Assembly (NCBI GenBank): GCA_013239625.1
Contig: MU054033.1
Location: 434,001 to 498,000 of the forward strand
DNA from: Lama guanicoe
Taxonomy: Eukaryota
Length of the DNA: 64,000 bases
Direction: 5' to 3'
The notes beneath the pieces were generated by a model, which did not search any database, was not told the DNA's origin, and worked only from the letters and a program-made list of their open reading frames with translations. The translations under genes and the position numbers were made by a program. Below are positions 1 to 10,729 of this stretch, piece after piece; position 1 is the stretch's first letter; every line of letters begins with the position of its first letter.

Positions 1-734
1 TTCTTAAAACTCCTGATGAGGAGCTAAAGAGAGACTCCTGCAGCCTCTGGCCTTGAAATGGGAACCCCAGACAGCTAGGATGAGCTGCCCTTCAGCCTCT
101 CCAGCCAGACCCCAAGGATGTCTTAAAATAAAAGCTCACTCTCTGTGTGTGAGCCGTGGGGCGCATCAGCGGGAGAGGCAGGCAGCTGTCCTTCTAGCCA
201 ACCGCCGGCTTCTCACTCCATTAAACGCTTACAAGAACGGGTCACAAGAGGGACTTTCAGTCCAGCTGTGTTACTTTTAGTCCCTTGCGTGTCACACTCC
301 AAAGCCACACACTCCAGAACCATGAGTTCAGTGAGTTCAAGTCCGGCCACAAGCGTGTCGGTCTGGGACGTTTCTCCGAGTCTCGGCTTCTCTGCTGAAA
401 ACGGGTTTGAAGACTGCACTTGAATGAGTGAGCACAGGGGAGGCACTGAGCAGCCAGGTGTTCCAGAAGCACTGGCTGCCATTCTTGTTCCTTCGCTGGT
501 AACACAGTTTGCTTGCTCCTTTAAAAAAGACGATCAGAAAAGCTTTAATAAAATTCTGTGCGTGGAGGGGCTGGGCCACGAGGGCAGCGCTGTAGGATGC
601 CTAGCTCACCCCCTCCCACGAATAAAGCAAAATCTACACCGAAATACGGAGCGAATCATACGGATTACCTACTGAACTCCGGCAGAAAATCTCTTACATC
701 CGAAATACGAGGAAATCCTCACAAAACCGACAAA

Positions 735-1538
735 CAACAAACGTCTTCTACATAAAACAGGGAACTATTTTCACTATGTTATAGTGACCTATAATGGCAA
801 AACATGTAAAATGGAATGTATGTATATATATGGATGACTGAAACATTTTGCTGTACACCAGAAATCCACACAACATTGTAAACTTGAGGCGGGAAGCCCC
901 ATAAAAAAGACCGGCAGGGCCCCCAGGCAGGGCCACTGCTCTTCCGCCAGCGCCATCCGGTTCCCTGGCCCAGAGGCTCTGTCTCACTTTTTGCCTCTGA
1001 AACTGCTTACGTCTAGGAAAGTGGAACTTACCCCTAAAATACTATCGGTTCCCTAAGCTAACTCCTGATTGGTCCATTGTAGTACTTCATTTGCATGGAG
1101 CTCACTCCTGATTGGTTATTTCTTTCACTCCTGATTGGGCCATTTCCCTCACTCCTGATTGGCCCCTTTGTAGTACTCCATTTGCATGGTGCTCACTCCT
1201 GATTGGTTATTTCTCTCACTCCTGATTGGTTATTTCTCTCAGTCCTGATTGGTCCATTTCTACAAAGCTTGTTCCCAAATAGTCAACTTCTGTTATACCT
1301 TATTTGCATGTGATGTTGCAAAGTGTAAACTGGCAGCCTAGAAAAGCCTGTGTAAACCTACAGACGGGGTCCAGAGCTTGGAGTGTCAAGTCCTCTGGGC
1401 CTGTTGGCGTAATAAACCACTCTCCAAGGCCGGAGTGCTGTTTGGTCCCTCTCCTGGATCCAGGTTGTTGTCACAACTGAGCTGTAACACATTTTTCAGC
1501 AACAAAGTGATTATACTTAAAGGGAAAAAGAAAGAAAA
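735..1538 (+). mobile_element. 5'-truncated L1 3' end, split by an LTR insertion (L1 parts 735-884 and 1505-1538)
   Basis: acagggaactat...ctgtacaccagaaatccacacaacattgtaaact resumes after the LTR as aagtgattatacttaaa plus an A-rich tail; matches other L1 3' ends in the window. Confidence 0.85.
885..1504 (+). mobile_element. ERV1-type solo LTR (copy A) with tandem CCAAT/octamer modules
   Basis: TG...CA ends; 4-bp TSD aact (881-884)/aagt (1505-1508); AATAAA at 1411-1416; clear homology to the inverted copy at 52129-52638. Confidence 0.92.
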
Positions 1539-1869
1539 GTCTGTGTGTGTTCAAGCCATTGCTCTGTTCTGGCATTGTGCTGAATTCTTTATGTAGGTTA
1601 TTTCCACTTCTTATAACAGCATAGCTAGCTGAAAGTACTGTATTTTTATAATTTGCTTAACAAAATAAGTGGTATAAAGTTGGGATTCAGGTCTGTTTAG
1701 GCTTCAGTTTCCTCCCCCCTCGTTTTACTCTGCTCTGCTGCCTCTCCGTCAGGAGTAACCTGCTGAAAGTGTGAGGACACAGCTGACGTGCATGAGATGC
1801 AGGACACACGACACTGACAAGAGGTAGGAATTCCTGGAATGATGCTCTCCAACTCCTGCCTCATTCCCA

Positions 1870-2100
1870 AGTATGTGCTGATGCAGCTGGAAACAAGACG
1901 AAATCCTCTCCCCCATGGTGCTTACATGATGGTGGACAGAGATAGATCATAAACAATTAAACAAGTCAAATGTGTAATATGCCAAATGGTGAGAAGTGCT
2001 ATGGAAAAAATACACCAATGAAGAGAAGTAGGAAGTTTTGCGTGGGGTAGGCTGGGGAGAGGGGTGATTTTTAATTTTAAAATAAGAAGGCCACTTTTAA
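1870..2100 (-). mobile_element. L2 fragment
   Basis: cctctcccccatggtgcttacat...ataaacaa...gagaagtgctatggaaaaaa resembles the antisense L2 3' region. Confidence 0.65.
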
Positions 2101-2221
2101 ATTATTTTCTGATGTCAACATAATCTTGGTGGAGAACTCTCAATGGTGTCCAGGCTGTGAGCGGTGATGATTGCGACTCTGAATTGGGATCCCTGAGGGG
2201 ACAAATGTTTGCGGGGGACAA

Positions 2222-2427
2222 ACTAGAGCTTCAGTCTTTTATACCGTTGCCACCAGCCACATGTGGCTATTTAAATTGTCTAACATTAAAGACAATTTAA
2301 AATTTGGGTCCTCAGTCTCACTAGGGTTGCTGAGGTCACATCGCAAGTCCTCAGCAGCCACATGTTCTAGGTGGCGCATGTTTACAACATTCCTGTCTTT
2401 GCAGCATGTTCTGTTGGACAGCGTTGT
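2222..2427. mobile_element. MER3-like hAT-Charlie MITE
   Basis: gccaccagccacatgtggctatttaaatt...agccacatgt...gttctgttggacagcgttg is the typical MER3 layout. Confidence 0.75.
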
Positions 2428-3000
2428 ACTCAAGTAAAGCAGCCAATGAGCAGGATGCCTGGCATCGTGCTTTGGGGAGGTGGTGATCTGGTGAGGAGGA
2501 GGTCAAGGTGGAGATCGTGAAGGAGGTAACTTTCACCTCCAGAAGATGTTATAATGGTATGATTTTGCCCTTTTGCAAACACTCATAATACAGAAGAACA
2601 CAGATATGCCCATCTCCAGACAAAACTTTTATTTAGTTATCCTGACTTAAAATCACCACCATCCTTGTCTTCCTTCTCAGCCTCCTCCTTTTCGTCAACA
2701 TCGTTCATTATCACTAATCATCACTATCTTTATTCCTTTCACCACCAGGCCTCGTCGTGTTACTTTGATTTTCTTCCCGTAATCACGTGTAATGCAGTTC
2801 GGTGAATGTTTCTAAGCACAAAATCAACAGGTTCCCTAAGGTTGGAAAAGATTGTACAGACACGTGAACCTGTGTGAGTTCTGCCTCCTGGTACTTCTCT
2901 CAAAAAGTAATTAATGAAATGAATGGAAATTAATAGAAAATATGCAATTGATGGAATAAATATTGGTTTTACAATAACCCAAGATACTTCATTAAGAACA

Positions 3001-3110
3001 GAAAAAGAAAATAATATGAAAACAAATCTATGTGTGCATATGTATGACTGGGACGTTGTGCTGTGCACCAGAAATTGGCACATTGCAACTTCAATTTTTA
3101 AAAAAGAACG
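3001..3110 (+). mobile_element. Short 5'-truncated young L1 3' end
   Basis: gaaaaagaa..atatgaaaac..tgtatgactggga..gtgctgtgcaccagaaattggcacattg plus A tail; flanked by imperfect aagaac(a)gaaaa repeats. Confidence 0.8.
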
Positions 3111-3530
3111 AAAAGGACTGTAATGTTCAAAAGCAAAATATTATTTTTAAAAGTAAAATGTTAGTTTTAAAAAAAATGAATGACGACCATATATTGAGCT
3201 AATAATGTGGTTTAAATGTTAACTTTCCCGAGTATGAGAATTATTTGATTTTTTTAGAAGATAAATGATAGAGCAGTCGAAGATGAAGTGTCCTGATGTC
3301 TGAGATTAACTCAGGTGGCTCATCAAAAAAACGGTGTGTACGTGTGTGCATCCAACAAGAGTTTTGCCTGAAGTTGTGTGGGTCACATATATATGTACAC
3401 AACTCAAACATGGAAAAACACTAACAACTGGTGAATCTAGGTGAAACATACGTAGCATTTGGTTTCTTTTGCAACATCTCTGTAGGTTGAATATTTCATA
3501 ATAAAAGATTGGAGAGAAATTAAAGGATTT
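3110..3530 (+). mobile_element. Old L1 (L1MC/L1ME-like) 3' end
   Basis: ctaacaactggtgaatctaggtgaa...ttttgcaacatctctgtaggttgaatatttcataataaaag. Confidence 0.7.
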
Positions 3531-4649
3531 TTAAAGTGAGGTAATAAGAGTAATTCTCTGTGAAAGAATGACCACGTCTGTGAGCTTTTAAAAAGAGCTA
3601 GTGGCTGAATATTGTTTATTTTGTATATTTTATTTCATCTGTTTCCAAAAGAATTTTTTTTCCTTTTTCAAAACGTCGGTCCCCATTTATTAAGCTGGAT
3701 ACATTTTGTACTTGACTTTAAAGTTTAACTTCCCCAAGTGCTTTTGTGTAAACTTACTCGTCAGTGAATAAGTTCGGGGACAAAGCCTCGGCATGTCAGA
3801 ATCAGACCTTTGGGCATCTCAACGGCAAATTCCTCCTACGTTTAGTCATCCCTTTCGGGAGGAATCAGTACATTTCCACTGCCCATGGGGGTTTCAGGAA
3901 TAAATGTTCGGCACACACGCGGGCCCAGGGGCCTGCAGCAGCCACGTGGTTCCGTGCATCGGCGACGCTGGGCCCCAGAGGACAGCGGGGAAGAGTCCTG
4001 GGTCGCGGTGCACAAGCAGGTTAAGAAAACTGCTCCCTTCCCCTTGCATCACCGGCGTGCATGTCTTGGTGATGCCGTGGGAGTGTGTGATGGGCACTGA
4101 CTCAGGCAACTTAGGCATTCGTTGGAAGCATTATTTTAGGGGTGATTTTGTCTAAATATCCTACCATGAAGAGGTACTTGCATCCGGGGCAGGCTCACGG
4201 GCCCCCTGAGAAGTGGGATGTCTTCTTCCCAGGCCCAGGTATCACACGATCCACAAAAAGCCAAGTGGCAGATTAGAAACTATAGCAGAAGGCTGAACGC
4301 ACAGCTACGGACAACTGCAGGCTGCCCCGCCAGCACGGGGAGTAGATGGTGACACAGCCCCCGCGTCACATTCTGGAGTCCCAGGTCACGCGTGGTGAAG
4401 AAATCCGAACAACCACCCTGAGCGAGATCTTGAACATCCTGTCCTTCCTGCCGAGCAGGGTAACGGAAGAGGCAACTACAAGTTGAAAGCTGCTAAAGGT
4501 GTTGAGTTCTTACACAATCTAGGCACTAAAACCAATTTGGCAAAAGAACGTGGGAACTTCAACAAGCAGATGAAGAAGGAATTCTCAGTATCTTTCTACT
4601 CACCATCCAACTACAGCAGAAGGAACACCGACACTCTTTAGAAAAATAG

Positions 4650-4800
4650 AACTGAGTTTAAGACCTCTTGTACTTGCTGTGGGCCTTTGGAGCGTCTGAT
4701 TTTCTCATCTGAAACACTGGGATGTGATAACTCACCTTGTACGTTTGAACGGGCTGGCGTATGGCGTATGTAAAGCACGCACATTTTAGGACCTCAGTCA
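4650..4800 (+). mobile_element. MIR fragment
   Basis: tctgattttctcatctgaaacactggga core and atgtaaagcac. Confidence 0.65.
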
Positions 4801-5954
4801 CTGAGAGGGAGCTGCTGGCTCAGACCTGCTGTCGCTAGATGGGAGCCCCAGCACAAGATTTATAACTGGCTACCTTACATGTAAATGACTCCTCTATTTC
4901 TATAAGAAGGCCGGGGAAAGGAAGAAGAAAGAAAGAAAAAATAATAAACACTCACAAAGGGAGAAGCTAAGGTCCCCTGGGGAGACAGTTGACTTTTGGC
5001 AGGCTATTAATACAACATGGCTATTAATGTATGCGGAGCGTGTCCGTTTTCTTGGCATGTGTTCAATTTTATGTTCTCCCTGGTGGAATGCTAAGCAGAC
5101 AGGGTGGGAAAGGGATAGAAAGGCCAAGAAAAAGCCATTAGGGGTGAACCCTTTCCCACTCACCCAGAAGGACTTCAGGCATTGTCGGGGCCTGAATCAG
5201 CCAGCCAGCTCAGCGTTTTTCCACGTGAACGTCTTTGGCTGAGGCCACAGAAATCTTGACTTTGTGCTCAAAACAGAGCACTGATTCAGGAGGCTTCCTG
5301 ATAAGAGACTAAAATGAGACCACAGGTTGTGCTGTCACAAAAGACGGTGGGGGGTTTTAAGGATCTGTTTCGGGGGTCACTTCTCTCTTCTCTGTGGAGG
5401 CTGTGGTCAGTGTGGGCATGTGGGCTCAGGGCCCGTGTCCTGGTGGCTCTGTGCGGACAGGCGCTGATTCATGTGGCGGTGAAGACTCATTGCTCGGCAT
5501 GCTTGTCCTTTGTCAGACGGCTCAGGGGCTGAAGACCTTAACTGTTGTTGCTGTGTGAAACCTTCAGCCATACGGAAGCCACAGCCTCTGAAATAACCCA
5601 TTTCAGGAGATCTGACACAGGACGGAGTCATGTGGCAACAGCAAGGTCCTGCCCAGACACTGGGTTTGGAGGCAAAAGCAATGGAGTAGTAATAAGTTTT
5701 CTAGAAAATCCGTCTTTGGTGATTTGACTCAAATGCTTCTCCCTCCACAAAGAGCACAGTACAGAAACCTGCTTTCTCCCCGGTGTCCCTGTGGGTCTGC
5801 GTCTGTCAGAGGGAGATGGCGCAGACTGTCCTCCAGCTTTAGAATGTCCCCAGAGACAAGATCTCCCCAGCCCCCTTCCCCACAGGGGTGCAGATTCCAC
5901 CCACTCCTTTTCAGATAGAGCCAAGCACACATATTCAGTTTAGACTCATAGTAT

Positions 5955-6465
5955 ATTTTTAAAACTTTCATTTTGAAATACTTTCAGATGTGCAGAAAAG
6001 TTACAAGAATAGTGCAGACAACTCTCATTCACCCTGCACCCAGGTCCCCAAATGTCAATGTTTTACCCCATTTGTCTTACCATTTGCTGTAGATACATAC
6101 TAATTTTTCCTGAACCATTTGACAGAAAGCTGTTGCCAAAATCCCCTCTATTCCTAAATGCTTCAGTGTGTCCTTCCTGAAAGCAAGGACATTCTTTTAC
6201 ATTATACAAGGACAATGATCAAAATCAGAATATTAATATTGATGTTATAACAAAGAGAGAGTCTAGGCTTTATTCAAAGTTCCCCAGTTGTCCCAACAAT
6301 GTCCTTTAGAGCAAAGGGAGCAAAGAACCCTGGTCCAGGGGCGCATGTGTCTTTTCGTTGTCATGTCTCGTTAGTCTCCTTAAATCTGGAAGCGTTCCTA
6401 GACTTTTGACAAGATTGATCGTTTTGAGTACAAGCCAGTTACTTGTAAAACGTCCCTCAGTTTGG
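5955..6465 (-). mobile_element. Old L1 (L1MC-like) 3' end
   Basis: ttttgaaatactttcagatgtgcagaaaagttacaagaatagt...aagcaaggacattcttttacat. Confidence 0.75.
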
Positions 6466-7465
6466 GTTTAAAGAATGAATCCGTTAGAAAAGCACCTTTT
6501 GGCAATGATCACAGGAATAATGGATTTAGACGGTCGTGGATGGATGCTAGACCTAGCAGGTGGAAGTCTGATGAGAGAACGGGGCAAGTACCTTGTCTTA
6601 AAGCGCTCTCCCTCCAAATGCTTATTGACTACAAAGGAGGAAACAGTGACCTCCCAGCCAAGAAGTCTGGTGGACCCCACCTTCACTAGGCAATCAAAGG
6701 CGACATCAGTAATACTGACTGACTTCCGGTGCCTCCTGATGTGATGCTCTGAGGAAAACACAGCATTTTATGTCTGTTGTCTTCCTGGCAAAAATGCATA
6801 ACTCGAATCTAGCCGCGAACAGCCAGCCAAACACATGAGAACGTTAACGCAATGTGAGAAGAGTTCAGACAGCGGGCTCTTTGCAGATGAGAGGTGTCCA
6901 CAGGTGACCCTGTTTACACAGAGAGCCTGGCAGAACCGAGGGACCTTCCAGAGTTGAAAGGACCCTCCTGGCTCCCCCTGCCTATCTAAAGCCCTTCCTT
7001 TAAACTCGAGAGGAACTTGCTAGCCCACCTATTTCCCAACAACCCTCAGCTTTAGCTCCTTGTTTCACATCCTCCTTTTCCCGCAGAGACCATAACACAC
7101 TTTCAGTTTACAGTCAAAACTGCACCACGATTGGTGTCATCCTTGACCCTTGACTCAGCTTCCTCCGAGGAGCTCACGCATGGGTGCCACGGACCTCAGT
7201 TTCGATCCTCCCGTGTCCTCTCCGCCATGTGCTAAGAACGTGCGCTCTGTGTATGGGACGCTTGAGTCTGAACAGCAGCCCCATTGCTTGGTCCGGCGCC
7301 TACACTGCACTTTCCCCGTTTTGCCATCTGTTCAGTGGGACCACTGATGCCCATACAGTAGGGCTGCACCGAGTGAGTGATGGACAGAATATTTGTAAAA
7401 TGCTCATCACAAGTTCAGCGTGTAGAAAACACACAGTCAGTGTCAGCTTTTATCATTATTATCCT

Positions 7466-7850
7466 AGCGGGCTTTTAAGCATCTGTGCTCTGGAACCAAA
7501 CTGTCTGAGTTCAAATCCTAGCTCCACTATGTCCTTGGCAAATGACTTAAACTCTGTTTTGAGATGGTTACAAGGACTAAGCGAACAGTGCCGGGCACTG
7601 CACGTGAACTGTGTCACTTTGGGCTGTTTTTGTGATTCTTCCCTCTTTTCCCTTTTGAAGAGCTTGCATTTGGATAAGGCTTCCGAGTTTGCCATGAACT
7701 CTCTCACTCTGATGCTGGTCCTCATACGAGAAAGAAACACAATCTATCATTATCCCCATTTTATGGAGAAGAGGACTGAGGTTTGGGAAGTTAAGCTCCA
7801 TCAGCCAAAACACACACCTGCAAATAGCAAAGTGGGATATTGCTCACAGG
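7466..7850. mobile_element. Two MIR fragments (about 7466-7600 +, 7745-7850 -)
   Basis: gctctggaaccaaactgtctgagttcaaatcctagctccact and attatccccattttatggagaagaggactgagg. Confidence 0.7.
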
Positions 7851-9199
7851 TCTTGGACACAAGCATACTCCTCTTTACAGCATTTACTCTTCCAGAAAAA
7901 TAGCGAACTACCATGTGCCAAATGCTGTGCCAAGCACTGAGAAGGCAGATCCCCCCGGCTGGAGGAATCGCATGAGAAGAGGAGATGGGTCCAGCATCAC
8001 TGGGAGGGGTGAGAGTGTGGCACCCACACTGACACTGATATTCCTGCAACTCAGCTAAGGTTTCAAGGAAGGGGATGCTTGAGCCAAGGACTGGAGAGAT
8101 TTAGAAGGAACCAGATAGAGTAGCTAAAAGCTGAAGGAAGTCCAGGGAAAATAACAAGTGTGAAGGCAGGGAGTGTGACACGGCTTGAGGCATTCAGAGA
8201 GAGACAAGCGACTCAGAGCAAAGGGCCCTGGTGAGCGCTGGAGAAGGGGTGACAATGCGAGCGATCCGAGGGGGCGTCCCGAAGGGCTGGGAGTCACAGT
8301 GCTGCAGTTTGAAGGCGGCACGGGAAGGACTCCAGGCAGTGCCCACAGGGCACCTCGGGGAGAGTCTGGGGGCTTTAGACTGTCCCCCTGTGTGCTCAGA
8401 GAGTCATTGTAGCACTCAGTTTTAAAGGCTTCCCCCGAGCAAGCCATCGTTCTATCTAATCACTCCCCTTTTCTGCCATGCACAGGTCTGATCCTTTGCT
8501 CAGCCTCCGCGGTGATGGTCAGGGCACTGCGAGCCCCACTGTGAAGGGCAGCCTGGCAGCCTCACGTGCCTGCCCAGGGGGGCCTGTGCTAAGGGGACAG
8601 TGTGGTGCTCGGCAGGGCGGTCCTCGGGGGTTCTGGGTGGTGACCTGCAGCCCGTGGCAGAGCCACGTTGACTAGACGTGGCCGGTGCCCGTGGAACGCT
8701 CCTGCGGAGCTTCCCCAGAAGCCCCTGAGCGTTTGTGTCTGGAGCTCAGAAGGGGGGTCGGGGCTGGGGATGGAGGGCATTTTTGTCAAATGGTGTTTTA
8801 TAAAGGGAAATTGGGTTCTCAGAATGCCTCTACTGCTTCCCGGTCATCTCCAACCGCTGTCCTTTCCATACCAAGATCTCCTCCACCCATCCTGCCCCAG
8901 CCATCGAGAAATACACACAGGTAAGGCGGTTAGTGAGGTGCGTCACATCATAGGCTCTAGGGGAGATGTGCTGTTCTGACAGTTCAGCTTGGTGGCTCTA
9001 TTTTGCATTCCAGCCTTATTTCTTGACAGACGATGCAGCGCCTTCCCCGCAGCCTTCCACGGGAGCCGACGGGCCGTTTTAGTACAGCCCTGCAAGAACA
9101 TAAACATTTAGAGAATTTTTTGCAGTGACAAGAGGGGATAATATGTTTGAAGCCAGTGAGTTAGTTATGTTTAGGAAAATCACCATGGGATTTAAGATG

Positions 9200-9400
9200 A
9201 TGCATTGATGTAATGCAATTGGTGGTTTATGAAAAATTCTTTTCGACTAACCTCGGCCGTGTCAGCGCGACCGCATTCCTCGCTAGCGCCGAGGCAGGCG
9301 GGGCCCCGGGGGTCATGTGCAAAGTAGCCCGTTACTGACCTTCCCCTTTCTACCTCTCACGGGAGGAGGGGGCCCGTGGGGGAGGGGAGAGGCCTTCACA
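9200..9400. promoter_or_regulatory. CpG/GC-rich putative promoter or enhancer
   Basis: Dense CpGs at 9250-9335; GC box aggcggggc near 9296-9304; reverse CCAAT 9218-9222; G4-competent tract 9361-9387; sequence is not repeat-like. Confidence 0.4.
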
Positions 9401-9711
9401 GGGAGATCTGCTCTTGGAGCTGTCTGAGGCTACAAGCAGTAAGAGGGAAAATCCAGAAATAGTTTAGGAAATTAGTCATCTGTCTTCAAACTGTGTTCAG
9501 TTACAGTGCTGCGTTCCACATAACTGCTTTATGGATTTTTTTTTAAAGTGGAAATCTGGAAAGATTAATAATCACTTATGTAAGAGCCAAAAGGTCCAGT
9601 CTCACATCCAGAAACAAGAGGGGGAAAAAGCTCCCATTTGCTAAAACCGTCAAAATAATTCCCATAATAGAAAATTATGTTCTGAGAACTGAGAAGACAT
9701 TTTGGTTTTAA

Positions 9712-9850
9712 TTTTTTTTTGTTTGTTTGTTTTTGCAGGGGGACGTAATTAGTTTTATTTACTTAGTTTTTTGATGGAGGTACTGGGGATTGAACCTGGG
9801 ACCTCATGCATGCTAAGCATATGCTCTACCACCGAGCCATACCCTCCCCC
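9712..9850 (-). mobile_element. tRNA-derived camelid-type SINE (Vic-1-like)
   Basis: ggtactggggattgaacctgggacctcatgcatgctaagcatatgctctaccaccgagc is the antisense A/B-box tRNA head; T-rich tail on the left. Confidence 0.88.
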
Positions 9851-10609
9851 TGGGGAAACGTCTTGACTTTCTCTGCATTTCCTAGTTTGGGATGCTAAAT
9901 GCCAGTGATTAGGTTTTCCTAGTTGATGTTTAATGTTGCTTATTTAAAAACATACGAATATTTAATCGATGAAAAGCATTTTCCAGTGCACACATGCACA
10001 CACATTATGAAATTATCCACTAACATATGCCTGTCCAATTTTTTAAGTGTACTAAAGGGGACTTAAAATGGGGAAAAAAGTAGCGTCCAAATATTTCTAT
10101 TCCTATTACTCTGCCAACTTACTATCATTATTATTTTTTCCTTTGATGATCTATTAGAGTGGACCTCTTAAAGTAACAGGGGAATCTGGGAGAGTGGAAT
10201 GGAAGACTTGATACAGAAAAGGAAAGAAAAGAAAAAAGAAGGAAAGAAAACCAAGGCAGCCTATGGAGTCGTGACAAATCAGCACGGTCAGGCCTGGGGA
10301 GGCCTCGTGCTTGGTTGGAAGCCACACTGGACTCCCCTGTGAACCTCCCAGCCTTCTGATGTTGTATCGTCCAGCATATGACCTGTATTGATGGAAAGTT
10401 CTTTCCATCTGAGGAAAGGCATTCAGAGAGTATCATGCAGTTAGTTTGAAGGCACTTCCAGGAATTTAAAGGGTAGACTCTCCTAACAGCACGCCGTGTG
10501 GAGCTGCTGCAGTGCAGGCAGGTAGACACACAGGCTGCTGAACCACACCTGTGTCAGCTGGGTACTTCTGGTTGCAAGTTACAGAATACTCAAAAGTGTT
10601 CAAGCCCAT

Positions 10610-10725
10610 GGAAGATGCTCACACTTGCATATACTCACCAGGGCATCTGGTTGAAATTCAGATGCTGATCAGCAGGTCTTAGTGGACCCCAAATCCCGAA
10701 TTTCCAGCAAGCTCCAGGTAGTGTT
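10610..10725. mobile_element. MER5A-like hAT fragment
   Basis: tcaccagggcatctggttgaaattcagatgctgatcagcaggtct...atttccagcaagctccaggt. Confidence 0.65.
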
Positions 10726-10729
10726 AACT

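Noticed and set aside
213..482. ATG-initiated 89-aa minus-strand ORF
   Set aside because: No recognisable homology or supporting splice/poly(A) structure; within chance expectation for GC-rich DNA
1062..1255. Regularly spaced direct repeats superficially like a CRISPR array
   Set aside because: The units are CCAAT modules inside an LTR, the spacers are themselves repeated, the context is mammalian, and there are no cas genes
4480..4530. AAKGVEFLHNLG resembles kinase subdomain VIa
   Set aside because: No following HRD/DFG motif in that frame; the similarity is too short
7184..7903. Longest ORF in the track (239 aa)
   Set aside because: GTG start, runs through MIR fragments, and has no recognisable domain or exon structure; probably a chance ORF
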